Source: the human T2T-CHM13v2.0 reference genome, Homo sapiens. From it: DNA of 64,000 bases. Made by a program: the position numbers and the translations under genes. The stretch covers positions 12,128,001 to 12,192,000 of the forward strand of contig CP086569.2 of NCBI GenBank assembly GCA_009914755.4, written 5' to 3'. A model generated the notes under the pieces. That model saw only the letters and a program-made list of their open reading frames with translations, had not been told where the DNA came from and did no database searches. This document shows, piece after piece, positions 14,701-29,000 of the stretch. Within the stretch, counting starts at the first letter, position 1, and each line of letters opens with the position of its first letter.

Positions 14701-17700
14701 AATACAATAGTATGGAATGGAATCGAATGGAATGGAATCGAATGGAATGTAATCAAATGGAATGGAACGGAATTCAAAATAATGGAGTAGAATGGAATGC
14801 ATTGGAAAGGAGCAGAGTGGAATCGAGTGGATTGGAATCGAGTGGAATGGAATCCAAGGGAACGAAATCGAATTGAATGGACTTGAATGGAATTGAGTCG
14901 AAAGGAATTGACTCGATAGGAATGGACTGGAACAAAAAGGAATCAAATGGACGGGAATGGAATGGAATGGACTCGAATGGAATGGAGTCAAATGCAAACG
15001 CATCGAATGGAATGGATTCAAATGGAATGCAATTGAATGGAATAGAAAGGAAGAGAATGGAATTGAGAGTAATGGAAAGATACCGATTGGAATGAAATGG
15101 AATGAAAAGGAATTGAATGGAAAGTAATGGACTCGAAAGAAATGGATTGGAATGGAATGGTCTCCAATGGAATGGACTGGAGTGGAATGAAATCGAATGG
15201 AAAGAAAAGAATGGAACGGAATGGAACGGAAGGGAATAGAATGTTATGGAATCCGATTGGACAGAATGGAATGAAATGCAGTTTCATGAAATGGAGTCAA
15301 ATAGAGTGGCATCAAAAGGAATGGAATGGAGTGGACTCAAAAGGAATGGACTCGAAAGGAATGGAGTCGAACCAAATTGAATCGAATGGATTGGAGTCGA
15401 ACAGAATGGAATGGAATGGAATGAACTTGACTGGAGTAGAGAGGAATGAAAAGGAATAGAATGGAATGTAATCAAATGGATTGCAAGTGAATGGAATCAA
15501 AAATAATAGAAAGGAATGGAGTGTAAAGGGATGATATTGAATTAAATGGAATGGAATGGAATTTAATGGAATGGAGTCGAAGGAATGGACAGGAATGTAA
15601 TGGACTCCAATGTAATGGAATTGATGAAAATGGATTTGAACAGATTGGAATCGAACGGAATGGAATGCAATGAAATGGAATGGACTCGATCAGAACGGAC
15701 TGGAGAGGAATGTATACAAATGGAATGGAAACGAAAGGAATGGAATGAAATGGAATGGAATGCAATGGAATTGAAAGGAACGGAATGAAATGGAATGGAA
15801 TGGAATGGAATGGATTGGAATAGAATGGATTCAAATAAAATAGAATCGATTGCAATGGTATTGAATGGAAGGGACTTGAATGGAATGGAAAGCAATGGAA
15901 GATATTGCAATCGAATGGCATCGAATGAAATGGAATGGAACGGAATGGAACGGACCCGAATGGAATGGAATGGACTCAAATGTAATGGACTCGAATGGAA
16001 TCGAATGAAATATAATAGACTCGATAGGAATGGCCTCGAGCGGAATTTATTTGAATAGAATGGAATGAAATGGAAGACAATAGTATGAAATGGAATCGAA
16101 TGGAATGGAATCGAATGGAATGTAATCAAATGGAATGGAACGTAATTCAATATAATGGAGAAGAATGGAATGCATTGGAAAGGAGCAGAGTGGAATCGAG
16201 TGGATTGGAATCGAGTGGAATGGAATCAAAGGGAACGAAATCGAATTGAATGGATTTGAATGGAATTGAGTCGAAAGGAATTGACTCGAAAGGAATGGAC
16301 TGGAACAAAAAGGAATCAAATGGACAGGAATGGAATGGAATGGACTCGAATGGAATGGAGTGAAATGCAAACGAATCGAATGGAATGGATTCAAAGGGAA
16401 TGCAATTGAATGGAATAGAAAGGAAGAGAATGGAATTGAGAGTAATGGAAAGATATCGATTGGAATGAAATGGAATGGAAAGGAATTGAATGGAAAGGAA
16501 TGGACTCGAAAGAAATGGATTGGAATGGAATGGTTTCCAATGGAATGGACTGGAGTGGAATGGAATCGAATGGAAAGAAAAGAATGGAACGGAATGGAAC
16601 GGAAAGGAATAGAATGTTATGGAATCCGATTGGACAGAATGGAATGGAATGCAGTTTCATGAAATGGAGTCGAATAGAGTGGCATCAAAAGGAATGGAAT
16701 GGAGTGGACTAAAAAGGAATGGACTCGAAAGGAATGGAGTCGAACCAAATTGAATCAAATGGATTGGAGTCGAACAGAATGGAATGGAATGGAATGAACT
16801 CGACTGGAGTAGAGAGGAATGAAAAGGAATAGAATGGAATGTAATCAAATGGATTGCAAGTGAATGGAATCAAAAATAATAGAAAGGAATGGAGTGTAAA
16901 GGGATGATATTGAATTAAATGGAATGGAATGGAATTTAATGGAATGGAGTCGAAGGAATGGACAGGAATGTAATGGACTCCAATGGAATGGAATGGATCA
17001 AAATGGATTTGAACAGATTGGAATGGAACGGAATGGAATGCAATGAAATGGAATGGACTCGATCAGAACGGACTGGAGAGGAATGTACACAAATGGAATG
17101 GAAACGAATGGAATGCAATGAAATGGAGTGGAATGCAATGGAATTGAAAGGAACGGAATCAAATGGAATGGAATGGAATGCAATGGATTGGAATAGAATG
17201 GATTCAAATAAAATAGAATCGATTGCAATGGTATTGAATGGAAGGGACTTGAATGGAATGGAAAGCAATGGAAGATATTGGAATCGAATGGCATCGAATG
17301 AAATGGAATGGAACGGAATGGAACGGACCCGAATGGAATGGAATGGACTCAAATGTAATGGACTCGAATGGAATCGACTGAAATATAATAGACTCGAAAG
17401 GAATGGCCTCGAGCGGAATTTATTTGAATAGAATGGAATCAAATGGAATACAATAGTATGGAATGGAATCGAATGGAATGGAATCGAATGGAATGTAATC
17501 AAATGGAATGGAACGGAATTCAATATAATGGAGTAGAATTGAATGCATTGGAAAGGAGCAGAGTGGAATAGAGTGGATTGGAATCGAGTGGAATGGAATC
17601 AAAGGGAACAAAATCGAATTGAATGGACTTGAATGGAATTGAGTCGAAAGGAATTGACTCGAAAGGAATGGACTGGAACAAAAAGGAATCAAATGGACAG

Positions 17701-20614
17701 GAATGGAATGGAATGGACTCGAATGGAATGGAGTCAAATGCAAACGCATCGAATGGAATGGATTCAAATGGAATGCAATTGAATGGAATAGAAAGTAAGA
17801 GAATGGAATTGAGAGTAATGGAAAGATATCGATTGGAATGAAATGGAATGGAAAGGAATTGAATGGAAAGGAATGGACTCGAAAGAAATGGGTTGGAATG
17901 GAATGGTCTCCAATGGAATGGACTGGAGTGGAATGGAATCGAATGGAATGAAAAGAATGGAACGGAATGGAACGGAAAGGAATAGAATGTTATGGAATCC
18001 GATTGGACAGAATGGAATGGAATGCAGTTTCATGAAATGGAGTCAAATAGAGTGGCATCAAAAGGAATGGAATGGAGTGGACTCAAAAGGAATGGACTCG
18101 AAAGGAATGGAGTCGAACCAAATTGAATCGAATGGATTGGAGTCGAACAGAATGGAATGGAATGGAATGAACTCGACTGGAGTAGAGAGGAATGAAAAGG
18201 AATAGAATGGAATGTAATCAAATGGATTGCAAGGGAATGGATTCAAAAATAATAGAAAGGAATGGAGTGTAAAGGGATGATATTGAATTAAATGGAATGG
18301 AATGGAATTTAATGGAATGGAGTCGAAGGAATGGACAGGAATGTAATGGACTCCAATGTAATGGAATGGATGAAAATGGATTTGAACAGATTGGAATCGA
18401 ACGGAATGGAATGCAATGAAATGGAATGGACTCGATCAGAACGGACTGGAGAGGAATGTGTACAAATGGAATGGAAACGAAAGGAATGGAATGAAATGGA
18501 ATGGAATGCAATGGAATTGAAAGGAACGGAATGAAATGGAATGGAATGGAATGGAATGGATTGGAATAGAATGGATTCAAATAAAATAGAATCGATTGCA
18601 ATGGTATTGAATGGAAGGGACTTGAATGGAATGGAAAGCAATGGAAGATATTGGAATCGAATGGCATCGAATGAAATGGAATGGAACGGAATGGAACGGA
18701 CCCGAATGGAATGGAATGGACTCAAATGTAATGGACTCGAATGGAATCGAATGAAATATAATAGACTCGATAGGAATGGCCTCGAGCGTAATTTATTTGA
18801 ATAGAATGGAATGAAATGGAAGACAATAGTATGAAATGGAATCGAATGGAATGGAATCGAATGGAATGTAATCAAATGGAATGGAACGGAATTCAATATA
18901 ATGGAGTAGAATGGAATGCATTGGAAAGGAGCAGAGTGGAATCGAGTGGATTGGAATCGAGTGGAATGGAATCAAAGGGAACGAAATCGAATTGAATGGA
19001 CTTGAATGGAATTGAGTCGAAAGGAATTGACTCGAAAGGAATGGACTGGAACAAAAAGGAATCAAATGGACAGGAATGGAATGGAATGGACTCGAATGGA
19101 ATGGAGTCAAATGCAAACGCATCGAATGGAATGGATTCAAAGGGAATGCAATTGAATGGAATAGAAAGGAAGAGAATGGAATTGAGTGTAATGGAAAGAT
19201 ATCGATTGGAATGAAATGGAATGGAAAGGAATTGAATGGAAAGGAATGGACTCGAAAGAAATGGATTGGAATGGAATGGTCTCCAATGGAATGGACTGGA
19301 GTGGAATGGAATCGAATGGAAAGAAAAGAATGGAACGGAATGGAACGGAAAGGAATAGAATGTTATGGAATCCGATTGGACAGAATGGAATGGAATGCAG
19401 TTTCATGAAATGGAGTCGAATAGAGTGGCATGAAAAGGAATGGAATGGAGTGGACTCAAAAGGAATGGACTCGAAAGGAATGGAGTCGAACCAAATTGAA
19501 TCAAATAGATTGGAGTCGAACAGAATGGAATGGAATGGAATGAACTCGACTGGAGTAGAGAGGAATGAAAAGGAATAGAATGGAATGTAATCAAATGGAT
19601 TGCAAGTGAATGGAATCAAAAATAATAGAAAGGAATGGAGTGTAAAGGGATGATATTGAATTAAATGGAATGGAATGGAATTTAATGGAATGGAGTCGAA
19701 GGAATAGACAGGAATGTAATGGACTCCAATGGAACGGAATGGATCAAAATGGATTTGAACAGATTGGAATCGAACGGAATGGAATGCAATGAAATGGAAT
19801 GGACTCGATCAGAACGGACTGGAGAGGAATGTACACAAATGGAATGGAAACGAAAGGGATGGAATGAAATGGAATGGAATGCAATGGAATTGAAAGGAAC
19901 GGAATCAAATGGAATGGAATGGAATGGAATGGATTGGAATAGAATGGATTCAAATAAAATAGAATCGATTGCAATGGTATTGAATGGAAGGGACTTGAAT
20001 GGAATGGAAAGCAATGGAAGATATTGGAATAGAATGGCATCGAATGAAATGGAATGGAACGGAATGGAACGGACCCGAATGGAATGGAATGGACTCAAAT
20101 GTAATGGACTCGAATGGAATCGACTGAAATATAATAGACTCGAAAGGAATGGCCTCGAGCGGAATTTATTTGAATAGAATGGAATCAAATGGAATACAAT
20201 AGTATGGATTGGAACCGAATGGAATGGAATCGAATGGAATGTAATCAAATGGAATGGAACGGAATTCAATATAATGGAGTAGAATGGAATGCATTGTAAA
20301 GGAGCAGAGTGGAATCGAGTGGATTGGAATAGAGTGGAATGGAATCAAAGGGAACGAAATCGAATTGAATGGACTTGAATGGAATTGAGTCGAAAGGAAT
20401 TGACTCGATAGGAATGGACTGGAACAAAAAGGAATCAAATGGACAGGAATGGAATGGAATGGACTCGAATGGAATGGAGTCAGATACAAACGCATCGAAT
20501 GGAATGGATTCTAATGGAATGCAATTGAATGGAATAGAAAGGAAGAGAATGGAATTGAGTGTAATGGAAAGATATCGATTGGAATGAAATGGAATGGAAA
20601 GGAATTGAATGGAA

Positions 20615-23600
20615 AGGAATGGACTCGAAAGAAATGGATTGGAATGGAATGGTCTCCAATGGAATGGACTGGAGTGGAATGGAATCGAATGGAAAGAAAA
20701 GAATGGAACGGAATGGAATGGAAAGGAATAGAATGTTATGGAATCCGATTGGACAGAATGGAATGGAAAGCAGTTTCATGAAATGGAGTCGAATAGAGTG
20801 GCATCAAAAGGAATGGAATGGAGTGGACTCAAAAGGAATGGTCTCGAAAGGAATGGAGTCGAACCAAATTGAATCAAATGGATAGGAGTCGAACAGAATG
20901 GAATGGAATGGAATGAACTCGACTGGAGTAGAGAGGAATGAAAAGCAATAGAATGGAATGTAATCAAATGGATTGCAAGTGAATGGAATCAAAAATAATA
21001 GAAAGGAATGGAGTGTAAAGGGATGATATTGAATTAAATGGAATGGAATGGAATTTAATGGAATGGAGTCGAAGGAATGGACAGGAATGTAATGGACTCC
21101 AATGGAATGGAATGGATCAAAATGGATTTGAACAGATTGGAATCGAACGGAATGGAATGCAATGAAATGGAATGGACTCGATCAGAACGGACTGGAGAGG
21201 AATGTACACAAATGGAATGGAAACGAAAGGAATGGAATGAAATGGAATGGAATGCAATGGAATTGAAAGCAACGGAATCAAATGGAATGGAATGTATTGG
21301 AATAGAATGGATTGGAATAGAATGGATTCAAATAAAATAGAATCGATTGCAATGGTATTGAATGGAAGGGACTTGAATGGAATGGAAAGCAATGGAAAAT
21401 ATTGGAATTGAATGGCATCGAATGAAATGGAATGGAACGGAATGGAACGGACCCGAATGGAATGGAATGGACTCAAATGTAATGGACTCGAATGGAATCG
21501 ACTGAAATATAATAGACTCGAAAGGAATGGCCTCGAGCGGAATTTATTTGAATAGAATGGAATCAAATGGAATACAATAGTATGGAATGGAATCCAATGG
21601 AATGGAATCGAATGGAATGTAATCAAATGGAATGGAATGGAATTCAATATAATGGAGTAGATTGGAATGCATTGGAAAGGAGCAGAGTGGAATCGAGTGG
21701 ATTGGAATCGAGTGGAATGGAATCAAAGGGAACGAAATCGAATTGAACGGACTTGAATGGAATTGAGTCGAAAGGAATTGACTCGAAAGGAATGGACTGG
21801 AACAAAAAGGAATCAAATGGACAGGAATGGAATGGAATGGACTCGAATGGAATGGAGTCAAATGCAAACGCATCGAATGGAATGGATTCAAATGGAATGC
21901 AATTGAATGGAATAGAAAGGAAGAGAATGGAATTGAGAGTAATGGAAAGATATCGATTGGAATGAAATGGAATGGAAAGGAATTGACTGGAAAGGAATGG
22001 ACTCGAAAGAAATGGATTGGAATGGAATGGTCTCCAATGGAATGGACTGGAGTGGAATGGAATCGAATGGAAAGAAAAGAATGGAACGGAATGGAACGGA
22101 AAGGAATAGAATGTTATGGAATCCGATTGGACAGAATGGAATGGAATGCAGTTTCATGAAATGGAGTCGAATAGAGTGGCATCAAAAGGAATGGAATGGA
22201 GTGGACTCAAAAGGAATGGACTCGAAAGGAATGGAGTCGAACCAAATTGAATCAAATGGATTGGATTCGAACAGAATGGAATGGAATGGAATGAACTCGA
22301 CTGGAGTAGAGAGGAATGAAAAGGAATAGAATGGAATGTAATCAAATGGATTGCAAGTGAATGGAATCAAAAATAATAGAAAGGAATGGAGTGTAAAGGG
22401 ATGATATTGAATTAAATGGAATGGAATGGAATTTAATGGAATGGAGTCGAAGGAATAGACAGGAATGTAATGGACTCCAATGGAATGGAATGGATGAAAA
22501 TGGATTTGAACAGATTGGAATCGAACGGAATGGAATGCAATGAAATGGAATGGACTCGATCAGAACGGACTGGAGAGGAATGTACACAAATGGAATGGAA
22601 ACGAAAGGAATGGAATGAAATGGAATGGAATGCAATGGAATTGAAAGGAACGGAATCAAATGGAATGGAATGGAATGGATTGGAATAGAATGGATTCAAA
22701 TAAAATAGAATCGATTGCAATGGTATTGAATGGAAGGGACTTGAATGGAATGGAAAGCAATGGAAGATATTGGAATCGAATGGCATCGAATGAAATGGAA
22801 TGGAACGGAATGGAACGGACCCGAATGGAATGGAATGGACTCAAATGTAATGGACTCGAATGGAATCGACTGAAATATAATAGACTCGAAAGGAATGGCC
22901 TCGAGCGGAATTTATTTGAATAGAATGGAATCAAATGGAATACAATAGTATGGAATGGAATCGAATGGAATGGAATCGAATGGAATGTAATCAAATGGAA
23001 TGGAACGGAATTCAATATAATGGAGTAGAATGGAATGCATTGGAAAGGAGCACAGTGGAATCGAGTGGAATGGAATCAAAGGGAACGAAATCGAATTGAA
23101 TGGACTTGAATGGAATTACGTCGAAAGGAATTGACTCGAAAGGAATGGACTGGAACAAAAAGGAATCAAATGGACAGGAATGGAATGGAATGGACTCGAA
23201 TGGAATGGAGTCAAATGCAAACGCATCGAATGGAATGGATTCAAATGGAATGCAATTGAATGGAATAGAAAGGAAGAGAATGGAATTGAGAGTAATGGAA
23301 AGATATCGATTGGAATGAAATGGAATGGAAAGGAATTGAATGGAAAGGAATGGACTCGAAAGAAATGGATTGGAATGGAATGGTCTCCAATGGAATGGAC
23401 TGGAGTGGAATGGAATCGAATGGAAAGAAAAGAATGGAACGGAATGGAACGGAAAGGAATAGAATGTTATGGAATCCGATTGGACAGAATGGAATGGAAT
23501 GCAGTTTCATGAAATGGAGTCGAATAGAGTGGCATCAAAAGGAATGGAATGGAGTGGACTCAAAAGGAATGGACTCGAAAGGAATGGAGTCGAACCAAAT

Positions 23601-26096
23601 TAAATCGAATGTATTGGAGTCGAACAGAATGGAATGGAATGGAATGAACTCGACTGGAGTAGAGAGGAATGAAAAGGAATAGAATGGAATGTAATCAAAT
23701 GGATTGCAAGTGAATGGAATCAAAAATAATAGAAAGGAATGGAGTGTAAAGGAATGATATTGAATTAAATGGAATGGAATGGAATTTAATGGAATGGAGT
23801 CGAAGGAATGGACAGGAATGTAATGGACTCCAATGGAATAGAATGGATCAAAATGGATTTGAACAGATTGGAATCGAACGGAATGGAATGCAATGAAATG
23901 GAATGGACTCGATCAGAACGGACTGCAGAGGAATGTACACAAATGGAATGGAAACGAAAGGAATGGAATGAAATGGAATGGAATGCAATGGAATTGAAAG
24001 CAACGGAATCAAATGGAATGGAATGTATTGGAATAGAATGTATTGGAATAGAATGGATTCAAATAAAATAGAATCGATTGCAATGGTATTGAATGGAAGG
24101 GACTTGAATGGAATGGAAAGCAATGGAAGATATTGGAATTGAATGGCATCGAATGAAATGGAATGGAGCGGAATGGAACGGACCCGAATGGAATGGAATG
24201 GACTCAAATGTAATGGACTCGAATGGAATCGACTGAAATATAATAGACTCGAAAGGAATGGCCTCGAGCGGAATTTATTTGTATAGAATGGAATCAAATG
24301 GAATACAATAGTATGGAATGGAATCGAATGGAATGGAATCTAATGGAATGTAATCAAATGGAATGGAATGGAATTCAATATAATGGAGTAGATTGGAATG
24401 CATTGGAAAGGAGCAGAGTGGAATCGTGTGGATTGGAATCGAGTGGAATGGAATCAAAGGGAACGAAATCGAATTGAACGGACTTGAATGGAATTGAGTC
24501 GAAAGGAATTGACTCGAAAGGAATGGACTGGAACAAAAAGGAATCAAATGGACAGGAATGGAATGGAATGGACTCGAATGGAATGGAGTCAAATGCAAAC
24601 GCATCGAATGGAATGGATTCAAATGGAATGCAATTGAATGGAATAGAAAGGAAGAGAATGGAATTGAGAGTAATGGAAAGATATCGATTGGAATGAAATG
24701 GAATGGAAAGGAATTGAATGGAAAGGAATGGACTCGAAAGAAATGGATTGGAATGGAATGGTCTCCAATGGAATGGACTGGAGTGGAATGGAATCGAATG
24801 GAAAGAAAAGAATGGAACGGAATGGAACGGGAAGGAATAGAATGTTATGGAATCCGATTGGACAGAATGGAATGGAATGCAGTTTCATGAAATGGAGTCG
24901 AATAGAGTGGCATCAAAAGGAATGGAATGGAGTGGACTCAAAAGGAATGGACTCGAAAGGAATGGAGTCGAACCAAATTGAATCAAATGGATTGGATTCG
25001 AACAGAATGGAATGGAATGGAATGAACTCGACTGGAGTAGAGAGGAATGAAAAGGAAAAGAATGGAATGTAATCAAATGGATTGCAAGTGAATGGAATCA
25101 AAAATAATAGAAAGGAATGGAGTGTAAAGGGATGATATTGAATTAAATGGAATGGAATGGAATTTAATGGAATGGAGTCGAAGGAATAGACAGGAATGTA
25201 ATGGACTCCAATGGAATGGAATGGATGAAAATGGATTTGAACAGATTGGAATAGAACGGAATCGAATGCAATGAAATGGAATGGACTCGATCAGAACGGA
25301 CTGGAGAGGAATGTACACAAATGGAATGGAAACGAAAGGAATGGAATGAAATGGAATGGAATGCAATGGAATTGAAAGGAACGGAATCAAATGGAATGGA
25401 ATGGAATGGAATGGATTGGAATAGAATGGATTCAAATAAAATAGAATCGATTGCAATGGTATTGAATGGAAGGGACTTGAATGGAATGGAAAGCAATGGA
25501 AGATATTGGAATCGAATGGCATCGAATGAAATGGAATGGAACGGAATGGAACGGACCCGAATGGAATGGAATGGACTCAAATGTAATGGACTCGAATGGA
25601 ATCGACTGAAATATAATAGACTCGAAAGGAATGGCCTCGAGCGGAATTTATTTGAATAGAATGGAATCAAATGGAATACAATAGTATGGAATGGAATCGA
25701 ATGGAATGGAATCGAATGGAATGTAATCAAATGGAATGGAACGGAATTCAATATAATGGAGTAGAATGGAATGCATTGGAAAGGAGCACAGTGGAATCGA
25801 GTGGATTGGAATCGAGTGGAATGGAATCAAAGGGAACGAAATCGAATTGAATGGACTTGAATGGAATTGAGTCGAAAGGAATTGACTCGATAGGAATGGA
25901 CTGGAACAAAAAGGAATCAAATGGACAGGAATGGAATGGAATGGACTCGAATGGAATGGAGTCAGATACAAACGCATCGAATGGAATGGATTCTAATGGA
26001 ATGCAATTGAATGGAATAGAAAGGAAGAGAATGGAATTGAGTGTAATGGAAAGATATCGATTGGAATGAAATGGAATGGAAAGGAATTGAATGGAA
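20615..26096 (+). repeat. Array A super-repeat copy 1: 5482 bp block of four HOR units (1378+1353+1378+1373 bp)
   Basis: The unit-length pattern and unit-specific variants ('DSIGMDW'/'ESDTNAS', 'HSIAFHSS', 'ECIGIEWIGIEWIQIK', and the 20 bp deletion with 'gcacagtgg') recur exactly 5482 bp downstream. Compare pseudo-ORFs at 20369/25851, 20776/26258, 21077/26559 and 23100/28582. Confidence 0.8.
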
Positions 26097-29000
26097 AGGA
26101 ATGGACTCGAAAGAAATGGATTGGAATGGAATGGTCTCCAATGGAATGGACTGGAGTGGAATGGAATCGAATGGAAAGAAAAGAATGGAACGGAATGGAA
26201 CGGAAAGGAATAGAATGTTATGGAATCCGATTGGACAGAATGGAATGGAAAGCAGTTTCATGAAATGGAGTCGAATAGAGTGGCATCAAAAGGAATGGAA
26301 TGGAGTGGACTCAAAAGGAATGGTCTCGAAAGGAATGGAGTCGAACCAAATTGAATCAAATGGATAGGAGTCGAACAGAATGGAATGGAATGGAATGAAC
26401 TCGACTGGAGTAGAGAGGAATGAAAAGCAATAGAATGGAATGTAATCAAATGGATTGCAAGTGAATGGAATCAAAAATAATAGAAAGGAATGGAGTGTAA
26501 AGGGATGATATTGAATTAAATGGAATGGAATGGAATTTAATGGAATGGAGTCGAAGGAATGGACAGGAATGTAATGGACTCCAATGGAATGGAATGGATC
26601 AAAATGGATTTGAACAGATTGGAATGGAACGGAATGGAATGCAATGAAATGGAATGGACTCGATCAGAACGGACTGGAGAGGAATGTACACAAATGGAAT
26701 GGAAACGAAAGGAATGGAATGAAATGGAATGGAATGCAATGGAATTGAAAGCAACGGAATCAAATGGAATGGAATGTATTGGAATAGAATGGATTGGAAT
26801 AGAATGGATTCAAATAAAATAGAATCGATTGCAATGGTATTGAATGGAAGGGACTTGAATGGAATGGAAAGCAATGGAAAATATTGGAATTGAATGGCAT
26901 CGAATGAAATGGAATGGAACGGAATGGAACGGACCCGAATGGAATGGAATGGACTCAAATGTAATGGACTCGAATGGAATCGACTGAAATATAATAGACT
27001 CGAAAGGAATGGCCTCGAGCGGAATTTATTTGAATAGAATGGAATCAAATGGAATACAATAGTATGGAATGGAATCCAATGGAATGGAATCGAATGGAAT
27101 GTAATCAAATGGAATGGAATGGAATTCAATATAATGGAGTAGATTGGAATGCATTGGAAAGGAGCAGAGTGGAATCGAGTGGATTGGAATCGAGTGGAAT
27201 GGAATCAAAGGGAACGAAATCGAATTGAACGGACTTGAATGGAATTGAGTCGAAAGGAATTGACTCGAAAGGAATGGACTGGAACAAAAAGGAATCAAAT
27301 GGACAGGAATGGAATGGAATGGACTCGAATGGAATGGAGTCAAATGCAAACGCATCGAATGGAATGGATTCAAATGGAATGCAATTGAATGGAATAGAAA
27401 GGAAGAGAATGGAATTGAGAGTAATGGAAAGATATCGATTGGAATGAAATGGAATGGAAAGGAATTGACTGGAAAGGAATGGACTCGAAAGAAATGGATT
27501 GGAATGGAATGGTCTCCAATGGAATGGACTGGAGTGGAATGGAATCGAATGGAAAGAAAAGAATGGAACGGAATGGAACGGAAAGGAATAGAATGTTATG
27601 GAATCCGATTGGACAGAATGGAATGGAATGCAGTTTCATGAAATGGAGTCGAATAGAGTGGCATCAAAAGGAATGGAATGGAGTGGACTCAAAAGGAATG
27701 GACTCGAAAGGAATGGAGTCGAACCAAATTGAATCAAATGGATTGGATTCGAACAGAATGGAATGGAATGGAATGAACTCGACTGGAGTAGAGAGGAATG
27801 AAAAGCAATAGAATGGAATGTAATCAAATGGATTGCAAGTGAATGGAATCAAAAATAATAGAAAGGAATGGAGTGTAAAGGGATGATATTGAATTAAATG
27901 GAATGGAATGGAATTTAATGGAATGGAGTCGAAGGAATAGACAGGAATGTAATGGACTCCAATGGAATGGAATGGATGAAAATGGATTTGAACAGATTGG
28001 AATCGAACGGAATGGAATGCAATGAAATGGAATGGACTCGATCAGAACGGACTGGAGAGGAATGTACACAAATGGAATGGAAACGAAAGGAATGGAATGA
28101 AATGGAATGGAATGCAATGGAATTGAAAGGAACGGAATCAAATGGAATGGAATGGAATGGATTGGAATAGAATGGATTCAAATAAAATAGAATCGATTGC
28201 AATGGTATTGAATGGAAGGGACTTGAATGGAATGGAAAGCAATGGAAGATATTGGAATCGAATGGCATCGAATGAAATGGAATGGAACGGAATGGAACGG
28301 ACCCGAATGGAATGGAATGGACTCAAATGTAATGGACTCGAATGGAATCGACTGAAATATAATAGACTCGAAAGGAATGGCCTCGAGCGGAATTTATTTG
28401 AATAGAATGGAATCAAATGGAATACAATAGTATGGAATGGAATCGAATGGAATGGAATCGAATGGAATGTAATCAAATGGAATGGAACGGAATTCAATAT
28501 AATGGAGTAGAATGGAATGCATTGGAAAGGAGCACAGTGGAATCGAGTGGAATGGAATCAAAGGGAACGAAATCGAATTGAATGGACTTGAATGGAATTA
28601 CGTCGAAAGGAATTGACTCGAAAGGAATGGACTGGAACAAAAAGGAATCAAATGGACAGGAATGGAATGGAATGGACTCGAATGGAATGGAGTCAAATGC
28701 AAACGCATCGAATGGAATGGATTCAAATGGAATGCAATTGAATGGAATAGAAAGGAAGAGAATGGAATTGAGAGTAATGGAAAGATATCGATTGGAATGA
28801 AATGGAATGGAAAGGAATTGAATGGAAAGGAATGGACTCGAAAGAAATGGATTGGAATGGAATGGTCTCCAATGGAATGGACTGGAGTGGAATGGAATCG
28901 AATGGAAAGAAAAGAATGGAACGGAATGGAACGGAAAGGAATAGAATGTTATGGAATCCGATTGGACAGAATGGAATGGAATGCAGTTTCATGAAATGGA

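Noticed and set aside
24815-24845. Possible CENP-B box near 'ggaacggaatggaacgggaagg' (contains CGGG).
   Set aside because: The required TTCG at the 5' end of the 17 bp box (nTTCGnnnnAnnCGGGn) is not present at the correct spacing. It is a chance partial match.
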